Shown: one piece after another, positions 47,832 to 57,098 of the stretch
Numbering within the stretch: the first letter of the stretch is position 1
Layout of the letters: each line of letters opens with the position of its first letter
Origin: Anaerolineae bacterium
GTDB lineage: Bacteria > Chloroflexota > Anaerolineae > B4-G1
Direction of reading: 5' to 3'
DNA length: 60,573 nt
Assembly: GCA_041687115.1 (NCBI GenBank)
Contig: JAWLCP010000004.1
Span: forward strand, 88-60,660
Notes under the pieces: generated by a model
Told to the model about the DNA's origin: nothing
The model's database searches: none
The model's input: only the letters and a program-made list of their open reading frames with translations
Translations under genes and position numbers: made by a program

Positions 47832-49637
47832 ATGGCAGAAGCTACCCTTCCGGCTCGTGAGGAAGTCGCTCTTGAGCAGACCTGGAATCTCGAAAGCATC
47901 TTCCCCTCCTTGGAGGGCTGGGAAGCCGCCTATGAGGAAGTGAAGGCCAGGCTTCCTGAGCTCGCCGAGTATGAGGGCCAGTTGGAGCAGGGACCTCCAA
48001 CCGTGCTCGAATGCCTGGACACGTGGCAGGGGGTGATGCGGCTAGCGGAGAAGGTGTTCGTCTACGCCATGCTGGAGAGCTCCGTGGATGTCTCCAACCA
48101 GGAGGCGTCGGCTCGATCCGGTCAGGCGCGCAGCTTGATAACCCAGGCGGCGTCGGTTGCGGCGTTCATCGAGCCGGAGCTCATGTCGATCGGGTTCGAC
48201 ACGCTGTATGGGTGGCTGGATGAGGAGCCCGAGCTGGCCATCTACAGGCATTACGTGGAGGATCTGGAGCGCCAGAAGGAGCACGTCCGCTCGAGCGACG
48301 TCGAGGAGGTCCTGGCGATGGCCATGGATCCGCTGAGTGGCGCCCCGACGACCTACAGCGCTCTCACCAACGCCGACCTGCCTTTCGAGCCGGCGCGCGG
48401 CGAGGACGGCTCGGAGAGGGAGGTGGGGCAGAGCAGCATCGATGATCTGATCACCGACCCGGACCGAGAGGTGCGTCGCACGGCCTGGCGGAACTACGCC
48501 GACGGCTACCTGGCGTTTCAGAACACCCTCGCCGGCCTGCAGACTGTTGGCTTCAAGCGGGACGTGTTCAACGCGCGTGCCCGTCGGTATCCGTCCTCTC
48601 TGGAGGCATCCCTGTTCCCGAACAACATCCCCACCGAGGTCTTCCACAACCTCATTGAGGTCTTCAAGGAGAACCTTCCCACCTGGCACCGCTACTGGCG
48701 TGTCCGCCGCGAGGCTCTGGGTTACGATGAGCTGCACGTCTACGACATCAAGGCGCCGCTGACGGAAACGAAGCCCGAGGTCTCCTACGAGCAGGCGATC
48801 GAATGGATCTGCGCGGGAATGGCGCCCCTGGGCGATGACTACGTGGAGACCCTACGCGGAGGCGCGACGGAGCACCGCTGGGTGGACCGGGCGCGCAACA
48901 AAGGGAAGCGCCAGGGAGCATTCTCGAGCGGGGCGTACGACACCCAGCCGTTCATCATGATGAGTTACGCCGGCGATGTCTTCAGCCTGAGCACGCTCGC
49001 CCACGAGCTGGGTCACTCGATGCATTCGCTGCTGACGCGGGAAAACCAGCCCTACGTCTACGGTCGGTATTCCCTCTTCGTTGCCGAGGTGGCGTCCAAC
49101 TTCCACCAGGCGATGGTGCGGGACTACCTCTTCCGCACCGAGGAGGATGCCGACCTCCAGTTGGCACTCATCGAGGAGACGATGTCGAACTTCCACCGCT
49201 ACTTCTTCATCATGCCGACCCTGGCGCGGTTCGAGCTGGAGATGCACCGGCGGGTAGAGAAGGGGGCACCGGTCAACGCCAGGACGATGATCGACCTGAC
49301 GGCCGATCTGTTTGCCGAGGGATATGGCGACGAGGTCACCGCCGACCGTGACCGCATGGGGATCACCTGGGCACAGTTCAGCCACATGTACATGAACTTC
49401 TACGTGTACCAGTACGCCACCGGGATCTCCGGGGCCCACGCCCTGGCGGACCGGGTGCTCGCGGGCGAACCAGGGGCGGCGGAGGCGTACGTCGAGTTCC
49501 TGAGTGCGGGGAGCTCCGTCTATCCCCTGGATGCCCTGAACGCCGCCGGGGTGGACCTGACCACGCCCGAGCCGGTGGAGAAGGCGTTCCGGTCTCTCTC
49601 GGAGGTGGTGGATCGATTGGAGGCCTTGGTGCTGTGA
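47832..49637 (+). CDS. pepF: Oligoendopeptidase F (M3B)
   Basis: [36 protein letters not shown]. Confidence 0.95.
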   Translation: MAEATLPAREEVALEQTWNLESIFPSLEGWEAAYEEVKARLPELAEYEGQLEQGPPTVLECLDTWQGVMRLAEKVFVYAMLESSVDVSNQEASARSGQARSLITQAASVAAFIEPELMSIGFDTLYGWLDEEPELAIYRHYVEDLERQKEHVRSSDVEEVLAMAMDPLSGAPTTYSALTNADLPFEPARGEDGSEREVGQSSIDDLITDPDREVRRTAWRNYADGYLAFQNTLAGLQTVGFKRDVFNARARRYPSSLEASLFPNNIPTEVFHNLIEVFKENLPTWHRYWRVRREALGYDELHVYDIKAPLTETKPEVSYEQAIEWICAGMAPLGDDYVETLRGGATEHRWVDRARNKGKRQGAFSSGAYDTQPFIMMSYAGDVFSLSTLAHELGHSMHSLLTRENQPYVYGRYSLFVAEVASNFHQAMVRDYLFRTEEDADLQLALIEETMSNFHRYFFIMPTLARFELEMHRRVEKGAPVNARTMIDLTADLFAEGYGDEVTADRDRMGITWAQFSHMYMNFYVYQYATGISGAHALADRVLAGEPGAAEAYVEFLSAGSSVYPLDALNAAGVDLTTPEPVEKAFRSLSEVVDRLEALVL

Positions 49638-49883
49638 CCGGGGTGGCCCAGCGAGACGGGCAACATCGACGTTGCCGTCCCGGTTGAAAGCCGTTTCACG
49701 CTCGACGCGGAGTCGGAGATTGGCTCTGTCAACTCGCATTTCGAGCTGGAGGATCTGGAGTCCGGAAGCACGCGCGGCGATCTGGGGCAGTGGCTCAAGG
49801 GGCGTGCCAACGGGAGTCAGGCCAGTTCGAACGTGATCCTGCGGACGGAGACGGGCAATATCCGGATTGTGCCCCTGCGGTAG
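49638..49883 (+). pseudogene. Start-less C-terminal fragment of a DUF4097-like beta-repeat protein
   Basis: SETGNIDVAVP..FTLDAESEIGSVNSHF..VILRTETGNIRI*, in frame directly after the pepF TGA. Confidence 0.6.
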
Positions 49884-49928
49884 AGGGTGTGCACGTAGAG
49901 CAGGAAGAGTGGTGGAAGGGGGTGTCCC

Positions 49929-50738
49929 CTGAAAGTTCTGATTGTCGTTGCTGCCGTTGCCGTCGCTCTGGTCTTGCTGGTCTGGCTGGGGCTGCAGATA
50001 CGTCCCAGGCCACTTCCGGCCTTCCCGCAGCCAGGTTCGGTGACGGAGAGCGTGCCGTTGCCCGATGGCTTACCGGCGCCCGTGGAGCGCTTCTACCGTC
50101 AGCTCTACGGCGACAGCGTGCCGGTCGTGGAGTCCCTCGTGATCAGCGGCCGGGCTGACATGCGCATCATGGGGATCACGTTCCCGGCCCGCTTCCGCTT
50201 CACTCACGTCGCCGGGCAGGGGTATCGTCACTACATTGAGACCACCATCTTCGGCCTCCCGCTGATGCGCGTCAACGAGTGGTATCTAGATGGTCAGGGG
50301 CGTCTCGAGCTGCCCTTCGGGGTGGAAGAGGGTCCGGAGGTGGACCAGGGGGCCAATCTGGGGTTATGGGCCGAGACGCTCTGGGTGCCGTCGATATTCC
50401 TCACCGATCCGCGGGTGCGGTGGGAGCCGGTGGACGAGGAGACTGCCTTGCTCTTCGTCCCCTTCGGTGAGAGAGAGCAGCAATTCGTGGCGCGGTTCGA
50501 CCCCGAGACTGGCATGGCCCACATCCTGGAGTCGATGCGCTACAAGGGCACTGACAGCGAGGAGAAGACGCTGTGGATCAACGAAGCGTCGGAGTGGGGC
50601 GCGGTCGGCGAATATGAGACCGCCACGACCAGCGCGGCCACCTGGTTCGACGAGGGATCGCCGTGGGCCGTGTTCAGTGTAGAGGACATTCGCTGCAACG
50701 TGGATGTGGAGGACTACATCCGCTCGAAAGGGCTGTGA
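49929..50738 (+). CDS. Membrane-anchored hypothetical protein (DUF6544-like)
   Basis: [41 protein letters not shown]... lacks an in-frame ATG, so the start is uncertain or frameshifted from GTG 49922. Confidence 0.7.
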   Translation: MKVLIVVAAVAVALVLLVWLGLQIRPRPLPAFPQPGSVTESVPLPDGLPAPVERFYRQLYGDSVPVVESLVISGRADMRIMGITFPARFRFTHVAGQGYRHYIETTIFGLPLMRVNEWYLDGQGRLELPFGVEEGPEVDQGANLGLWAETLWVPSIFLTDPRVRWEPVDEETALLFVPFGEREQQFVARFDPETGMAHILESMRYKGTDSEEKTLWINEASEWGAVGEYETATTSAATWFDEGSPWAVFSVEDIRCNVDVEDYIRSKGL

Positions 50739-50914
50739 ATGGGAGAATGGCGCTGAAGTAGGATTGCCTCCGGACAAGCTCTTCCTGGTGGCTGCCGGGG
50801 CCTTGACCAGCGCCAGGTCGCTTCAGTGGGGCCTGCCCACGGGGATCGAGGCGCTGTTCATATCGGTCTGGTTCTTGCGACACTGCCAAAGGTAGCAGGC
50901 CTGCAGTCGGAGAG

Positions 50915-52639
50915 ATGGAGATGAAGAAGCAACTTCGTATAGTGCTAATTGCCGCACTGCTCGTGCTCGTGGGAGTGCTGGCCGCCTCGGCATTGAGCAA
51001 CATAGGCCTGCCGAAGCAGGTGGAGGTCGTGGAGCGGCTGAGCGAGGCAGAGAAGGCACGCCTGACCGAGATGTTCCATCTGCGGCGGGCGCTGGGCAGC
51101 CAGGTCTGGCCGGGGTGGGGCGAGGCGGAGATCCCCGTCATCGTCCATAACGAGGCATATGTCTTCTTGGTCGGCTATCCAGAGGGTGAGACGCCGCCGG
51201 ACGGGTGGGTCCGGGTGCCGCAGGATGAGCAGCGGGGCGGGCCGTGGGAGGCGGTGCCCGGGGACACCTTCCAGGGACAGCCGTACTATCGCCAGCAGCT
51301 AGTGGGTACGGAGGAGACGCCGGAGAACTTCACCGTACGGGTCGGCGAGTCCTGGGCGGTCACGTTGTGGACCCGGGAGTATGCCAGGGTGTCCTTCTTC
51401 TCGGAGTTCCCGGGGGAGGTGCCGCCCCTCCTGCGGCCGGTCGTCCCTTATCGGCTCGTCTGGCGGTTCCTGCTCGGCGCGACGGAGACGTATGTCGGGG
51501 CCCTGGCCCACGAGGCCTTCCACGCCTACCAGGGAATGGAGGCGCCCGAGCGGCTGTACGCAGCCGAGTTCGCCGGGCCTCTAGAGAGTGGGTACCCCTG
51601 GCACGACGATGAAGCGGAGAGTGCGTGGCAGGCCGAACTGGACGCACTGCACGGCGCGGTGAAGGCCTCGTCGGACGCGGAGGCAGCGGATCTGGCAGGG
51701 GAGTTCCTCGTACGGCGTGAGGAGCGGCGCAGGGCCCACGCGTTATCGGGCGAGATGGTGGACTTCGAGCGCCAGCGTGAGTGGCTGGAGGGGTTGGCCA
51801 AGTACGCCGAGCTCTCCATCCAGCTGGAGGCGGCGCTCGACGAAGACTACAGTCCCGTGCCCGAGATCCACGACGACCCGCACTTCAATGGCTATGGGAG
51901 CCGCGAGCGTTTCTGGCGGCAGCAGGTGGACGAGATCACGCGCATGACAGGCCGCAGTGGCGAGGTGCGCTTCTACTACAGCGGCTTCGCGCAAGGGGTG
52001 CTGCTCGACCGTCTGATGCCCGACTGGAAGTCCCGGGTATGGGACGAGGACGTATGGCTGGAGACCCTGCTTGCCGAGGCCGTCGAATTGCAGGCAAGTG
52101 GGATTCGCCCTAAGCGCCTTTACTTTCTGGGCCCAGGGCTCGTGGCAGCCCTGGCGCAGCACACGATTCACGAGAGCACGCACTACGTGGCAGCCAGGCT
52201 GTTGCATGAGCAGGTGGCGGAGTTCCGCTTTCTGACGAACGGATGGCTCACCAGCCGGGTGATCTACGCCACGCCGGTGGGGGAGCGCGCCGGTGCCCAT
52301 TGGCTACTGATCGCCTGGGCGCCGGCTGTGGTCACGACCCTCATCGGCTACGCTCTCTACCGCACGCGTGCCCGGTGGCTCACGGATGTGCCTCTGCTCA
52401 ATGCCTTGCTCTGGTTTGCCACGGCGTACTTCCTGCTGGTCGATGCACTGTACTTCGCCCTCCTGTCGCCGTTCTTCGGCGGGGGCGACGTGGCCGCCGT
52501 GGCGGCCGTGGGCTGGCCGCGCTGGCCGGTGCACGTGGTGTCGGGCCTGGTGCTGCTCTTCAACGTGCGTCTGGTGTACCAGCTGCGCCAGGAGAGCAAG
52601 GCGCAGCCCGAACGGTACTTGCCGGCAGAACGGAGCTAG
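50915..52639 (+). CDS. Fusion of an exported HExxH protein and an M50-like membrane HExxH domain
   Basis: AHEAFH...EGLAKY in the first ~390 aa; IHESTH, IAWAP and GGD among TMs in the last ~180 aa. Confidence 0.7.
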   Translation: MEMKKQLRIVLIAALLVLVGVLAASALSNIGLPKQVEVVERLSEAEKARLTEMFHLRRALGSQVWPGWGEAEIPVIVHNEAYVFLVGYPEGETPPDGWVRVPQDEQRGGPWEAVPGDTFQGQPYYRQQLVGTEETPENFTVRVGESWAVTLWTREYARVSFFSEFPGEVPPLLRPVVPYRLVWRFLLGATETYVGALAHEAFHAYQGMEAPERLYAAEFAGPLESGYPWHDDEAESAWQAELDALHGAVKASSDAEAADLAGEFLVRREERRRAHALSGEMVDFERQREWLEGLAKYAELSIQLEAALDEDYSPVPEIHDDPHFNGYGSRERFWRQQVDEITRMTGRSGEVRFYYSGFAQGVLLDRLMPDWKSRVWDEDVWLETLLAEAVELQASGIRPKRLYFLGPGLVAALAQHTIHESTHYVAARLLHEQVAEFRFLTNGWLTSRVIYATPVGERAGAHWLLIAWAPAVVTTLIGYALYRTRARWLTDVPLLNALLWFATAYFLLVDALYFALLSPFFGGGDVAAVAAVGWPRWPVHVVSGLVLLFNVRLVYQLRQESKAQPERYLPAERS

Positions 52640-52657
52640 CTCGGGCTGCTTTCAGGA

Positions 52658-53116
52658 ATGGATACCGAGATCACCTACGCCGGCATCTGGGAACGCTTCT
52701 GGGCGCTCGTGATTGACGTTTTGCTCTTCTGTGCCGTTTTCTTTCCGGTCACGCGCATCGTGAAAGGCGTGTGGATCATGAGCGCCGCCGATCATCGCTG
52801 GGCCAATGGGCTGTTCATTACCGACCCGCTATGCCTGATCTTCCTGGCGGTAATGGTGCTCACCTTCGTGCTACTCGAGGGTCTGTTCGGGGCAACCGTG
52901 GGGAAGTGGGTGCTGGGGCTGCGCGTGGTGGGCCCGGATGGCGGAAAGCCCGGCCTGGCGCGGAGCGCGGTGAGGAATCTCCTGCGCCTGGCGGACGGGC
53001 TGCCTGCTTTCAACATCCTGGGCGTGATCCTGATCCTGCGCTCGCCCCAGCGAGCGCGCTTCGGCGACCGGGTGGCGGACACGCGGGTCGTGCGATATCA
53101 GCATAATACCTGGTAA
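52658..53116 (+). CDS. RDD family protein
   Basis: YAGIWERFWALVID, GATVGKWVLGLRVV, RFGDRVADTRVV. Confidence 0.9.
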   Translation: MDTEITYAGIWERFWALVIDVLLFCAVFFPVTRIVKGVWIMSAADHRWANGLFITDPLCLIFLAVMVLTFVLLEGLFGATVGKWVLGLRVVGPDGGKPGLARSAVRNLLRLADGLPAFNILGVILILRSPQRARFGDRVADTRVVRYQHNTW

Positions 53117-53146
53117 CGATGTGCTGCCTTATACACCTGTGCCGCT

Positions 53147-53174
53147 TTGAATTCCGCTCACCTGACTGTATAAT
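53147..53174 (+). promoter_or_regulatory. sigma70-like promoter
   Basis: TTGAAT-N16-TATAAT. Confidence 0.6.
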
Positions 53175-53456
53175 GGCGGCAGCAGCGCACTGGCTGCGGT
53201 TCTCCTTCGGTTAACGTACAAACCTTCCTCGGGCCTGGACCACCCGTTCTCGATGAGGGTAAATCTGTTGCACGTGATCTTGCGGTTCATCACCGCCCCT
53301 GGCCCTAGTTCTGATGGATGTCGGCGTGTTCGATGTGGTCAGCGGACGGCGCTGGGTCGATGCGCACGGCGATGATTCGACAAGCTATGACAGTAGTCTC
53401 CGACTTTCCTTAGGAAGCGATGGGTTGGTCGTCCTCGAGTGATCTTGGAGGTAAGC

Positions 53457-55232
53457 GTGACGCTTGAGCAGGGAATCGTCTACGCCGTCATTCTCATGAT
53501 CCTGATCTTACCCATGCTCAGGCGCTTTCGCTATGATCTGATAGCCCTGTTCGGCGTGCTGCTGCTGGTGATCGTGGGCATCATCTCGGCGGACGACGCC
53601 TTTGGCGGCTACGGGCACGCCGCAGTGGTGACGGTGGCGGCCGTGCTGGTGTGCAGTCGGGGCCTGCAGAACTCGGGCGTCGTCGATCTTCTGGCCAGCT
53701 GGTTCTGCAACGTCGGGGAGAGCCTTGGTGTCCAACTCGCCGTCCTCTGCGGACTGGCCGGGCTGAGCTCGGGGTTCATGAACAACGTCGGCGCCCTGGC
53801 CATCTTCATGCCCGTCGCCATCCGCATGGCGCACGAGAGCGACCGCTCCCCTGCCCTCTACCTGATGCCGCTGGCCTTCAGTGCGCACTTCGGCGGGATG
53901 ATGACCCTCATCGGCACGCCGCCCAACATCATCATCGCCACCTTGCGCGCGGAGTACGTAGGCGAGTCCTTCGGGATGTTCGACTTCGCTCCGCTGGGCC
54001 TGGGGGTCGCTTTCTTCAGCATCGCCTTCATCGCGCTGGTCGGGTGGCGCCTGATCCCCGAACGGAAAGGGGGGGTTTCAACGCGGAGCTTGTTCGAGAT
54101 TGAGGACTACTTCAGCGAGGTGCGGGTCCCAGCTGATGCGAGACTGGCCGGCCAGCCCGTGCGGGAGCTGAAGGAGGTGACCGACGCCGACGTGCTGATC
54201 GTGGGGATCCTCCGTGGCGACGAGCGTCTGCCGGCACCCTCGGGTTTGGAGGTCATCCAGGGCGACGACATCTTGCTCGTGCGAGCCGATGCGGATAACC
54301 TGGGCCGGTTTATCCAGGAGGCGCGACTGGGGCTGGCTGAATCGAAGGCCATCCATGAGGACGGGCTGCAATCCAGCGACATCGGCACGGTCGAGGCTGT
54401 GATCTCCCCCGATTCAGTTCTGGCGGGGCAGACGGCGCGCGGGGTGGACCTGCGCTGGCGCTACGGCGTGAACCTGCTCGCCGTATCCCGCCGTGGCGCT
54501 CAGCTTCGGGCCCCGCTGGGCAGCATCCAGCTCCGGGTGGGCGACGTCGTCCTGCTGCAGATGCGGCGGGAGACCATGTGGGAAACGCTGGGGGCCCTCG
54601 GCTGTCTCCCATTGGCGATGCGCGGGATCAAGCTGGGGCGACCCCGGCGCATACTCCTCTCCACCGGCATCTTCGGCGCGGCCATGGTGACCGCCGCCAC
54701 GGGACTCCTGCCTGTGCAGGTGACCATGACGCTGGCCGCCTGCGCCATGATCGTGGCCGGGCTCCTGACGCTGCACGAGGCCTACGAGAGCATCGATGGG
54801 CCCATCATCATCCTGTTGGGTGCCATGATTCCCCTCGGCGTGGCGATGGAGAATACCGGCGGCGCGGAGCTGATCGCCAACCAGATCCTGAGGTTGTCTC
54901 AGCTTCTGTCTCCGGTGGGCACGCTGGTCATTCTACTGCTCGTCACCATGTTCCTCTCGGACGTGGTCAAGAATGCGGCAGTGGTGGTTCTCATGGGGCC
55001 CATCGCGCTGAGCGTGGCCGAAGGGTTGGGGGCCTCGCCCGACCCCTTTCTGGTGGCGGTCGCCATCGCCGGTTCGTGCGCCTTCCTTACCCCCATCGGC
55101 CACCAGTCGAACGTGATGGTGTTGGAACCGGGCGGCTATCAGTTCGGCGACTACTGGCGCTTGGGACTCCCTCTGGAGTTCATCATCGTCGCCGTGTCCG
55201 TGCCGCTGCTCCTCATGCTGTGGCCGCTGTAG
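53457..55232 (+). CDS. SLC13/CitMHS family permease with two TrkA-C domains
   Basis: SGFMNNVG, TLIGTPPN, two RCK_C repeats, FLTPIGHQSN, PGGYQFGDY; GGAGG precedes GTG 53457. Confidence 0.92.
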   Translation: MTLEQGIVYAVILMILILPMLRRFRYDLIALFGVLLLVIVGIISADDAFGGYGHAAVVTVAAVLVCSRGLQNSGVVDLLASWFCNVGESLGVQLAVLCGLAGLSSGFMNNVGALAIFMPVAIRMAHESDRSPALYLMPLAFSAHFGGMMTLIGTPPNIIIATLRAEYVGESFGMFDFAPLGLGVAFFSIAFIALVGWRLIPERKGGVSTRSLFEIEDYFSEVRVPADARLAGQPVRELKEVTDADVLIVGILRGDERLPAPSGLEVIQGDDILLVRADADNLGRFIQEARLGLAESKAIHEDGLQSSDIGTVEAVISPDSVLAGQTARGVDLRWRYGVNLLAVSRRGAQLRAPLGSIQLRVGDVVLLQMRRETMWETLGALGCLPLAMRGIKLGRPRRILLSTGIFGAAMVTAATGLLPVQVTMTLAACAMIVAGLLTLHEAYESIDGPIIILLGAMIPLGVAMENTGGAELIANQILRLSQLLSPVGTLVILLLVTMFLSDVVKNAAVVVLMGPIALSVAEGLGASPDPFLVAVAIAGSCAFLTPIGHQSNVMVLEPGGYQFGDYWRLGLPLEFIIVAVSVPLLLMLWPL

Positions 55233-55352
55233 CATCCACCCGAAATCAAGCCCCTCGCGTTCAACGTGGAGCCGCAGGCCGGCCGGCGGTGGGTTGCATT
55301 CCCACGCTTTCCGGTTATAAAGGGGGTAACCAACCGGCCTAGGAGAGTGTGA

Positions 55353-57098
55353 ATGAAACCGTTGATTCGAATGGGCCGCTTCGTACGGCCCTACTGGAAG
55401 TCCGTCGTTCTATCGATGGTCCTTCTGGTCGGCGTCGTGGCGGCCGATCTGTTGATCCCGCGTCTCACGCAGCGCGTGATCGACGAAGGGATTGCCCAGC
55501 GCGACATCGGCAACATCGTGCGCACCGCGCTGTTGATGCTGGGAGTGGCCCTGCTGAGCGCCCTTTTCGCGGTGGCAAACACGGTGCTGTCCGTGCGGAC
55601 CGGGCTCAGGACGGGGGCCGATCTGCGCAGCGCCATCGTCCGCAAGGTGCAGACGTTCTCGTTCGGCGACCTGGACGATTTCCAGACCGGTGAGTTGATC
55701 GTCCGCTCGACCAGCGATGTGCGAATGGTGGAGATGGTGGTGCAGATGAGCATGCGGATCATGGCCCGCGCTCCGCTCTGGGCCCTGGGCAGTATGGCCA
55801 TGCTGGTGCTCACCAGCCCGCAGCTCACCCTTATCATGGGAGCACTCGTGCCCGTGATCGCCGTCTTCGTGTGGTTGTTCCTGACCAAAGCCCGCCCCCT
55901 CTTCCTCGCCGTGCAGGAGAAGCTCGACCGTCTCAACCAGGTGCTTCAGGAGAACCTGGCCGGGGTGCGCGTGGTGAAGGCATTCGTGCGCGAAGGCTAC
56001 GAGATTGACCGCTTTGGGCGAGCCAACCGCGACCTTCTCGACCAGACTCTGCACGTCATGCGAGTCCTGGCCCTCGTCATCCCCACCATGTTTCTCCTCG
56101 TCAACCTGGGCGTGGTTGGCGTGGTCTGGTTTGGGGGGATCTCCACCATTCAGGGCACCTTCACCGTCGGTCAGCTGGTGGCGGCGGTCAACTACATGCT
56201 CTACGCCCTCTTCCCGATGATGATGCTGGGCATGATGGTCATGCCGATCTCGTCCGCCAGCGCGTCGGCGGGGAGGATATGGGAGGTGCTGGACACGGAG
56301 CCGGAGGTGAAGCCCGCAGCCGACACCGTCTCATTGGACCGCATTGGGGGACGGGTCGTGTTTGAGGACGTCTGCTTCAGCTACGACGGCGACTGCGGTG
56401 AGATGGTGTTGAAGGACGTCGACCTGACTGCGGAACCTGGCCAGACGGTGGCCCTCTTGGGCGCCACGGGCGCCGGGAAGTCGACCCTGGTCCACCTCAT
56501 CCCTCGCTTCTACGACGCGGACCGGGGGCGGGTGATGGTGGACGGGGTGGACGTGCGGGAGCTGCCCCTCCACCAGCTGCGCACCCACGTGGGCGTCGCG
56601 CTGCAGGAGCCGGTGCTGTTCACCGGCACCATCCGCGACAACATCCGCTACGGGCGCCCCGACGCTCTGGAGAGTGAGGTGATCGAGGCGGCGAAGGCGG
56701 CTCAGGCGCACGATTTCATCACCTCCTTCCCGGACGGGTACGACACCGAGGTGGGACAGCGCGGCGTGAACCTGTCGGGTGGGCAGAAGCAGCGCATCGC
56801 CATCGCCCGGGCGCTCCTCGTCCATCCAGAGGTGCTGATCCTGGATGCCAGCACGTCGAACGTCGACGTGAAGACCGAGATCGAGATCGAGAGCGCGCTG
56901 GAGCAGCTGATGGACGGTGCAACCACGTTCGTGATCGCACAGCGGGTCAGCTCGGTGCTGACCGCAGACAAGATCGTCGTCCTCGAGCGCGGTGAGGTGG
57001 TCGCGGTAGGGACGCACGAGGAGCTTATGGAATCGAGCGAGATCTATCAGGAGATCTACCGCTCCCAGTTGGGAGACGGAGGAGTGGCCAGTGGCTGA
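55353..57098 (+). CDS. Heterodimeric ABC exporter, degenerate-site subunit
   Basis: TMD plus GATGAGKST, LSGGQ, ILDASTS, IAQR. Confidence 0.94.
   Translation: MKPLIRMGRFVRPYWKSVVLSMVLLVGVVAADLLIPRLTQRVIDEGIAQRDIGNIVRTALLMLGVALLSALFAVANTVLSVRTGLRTGADLRSAIVRKVQTFSFGDLDDFQTGELIVRSTSDVRMVEMVVQMSMRIMARAPLWALGSMAMLVLTSPQLTLIMGALVPVIAVFVWLFLTKARPLFLAVQEKLDRLNQVLQENLAGVRVVKAFVREGYEIDRFGRANRDLLDQTLHVMRVLALVIPTMFLLVNLGVVGVVWFGGISTIQGTFTVGQLVAAVNYMLYALFPMMMLGMMVMPISSASASAGRIWEVLDTEPEVKPAADTVSLDRIGGRVVFEDVCFSYDGDCGEMVLKDVDLTAEPGQTVALLGATGAGKSTLVHLIPRFYDADRGRVMVDGVDVRELPLHQLRTHVGVALQEPVLFTGTIRDNIRYGRPDALESEVIEAAKAAQAHDFITSFPDGYDTEVGQRGVNLSGGQKQRIAIARALLVHPEVLILDASTSNVDVKTEIEIESALEQLMDGATTFVIAQRVSSVLTADKIVVLERGEVVAVGTHEELMESSEIYQEIYRSQLGDGGVASG

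Noticed and set aside
56830-56950. Inactive ABC ATPase (no Walker B Glu, Gln in the H-loop)
   Set aside because: This is the expected degenerate site of TM287/288-type heterodimeric exporters, and the partner has consensus motifs.
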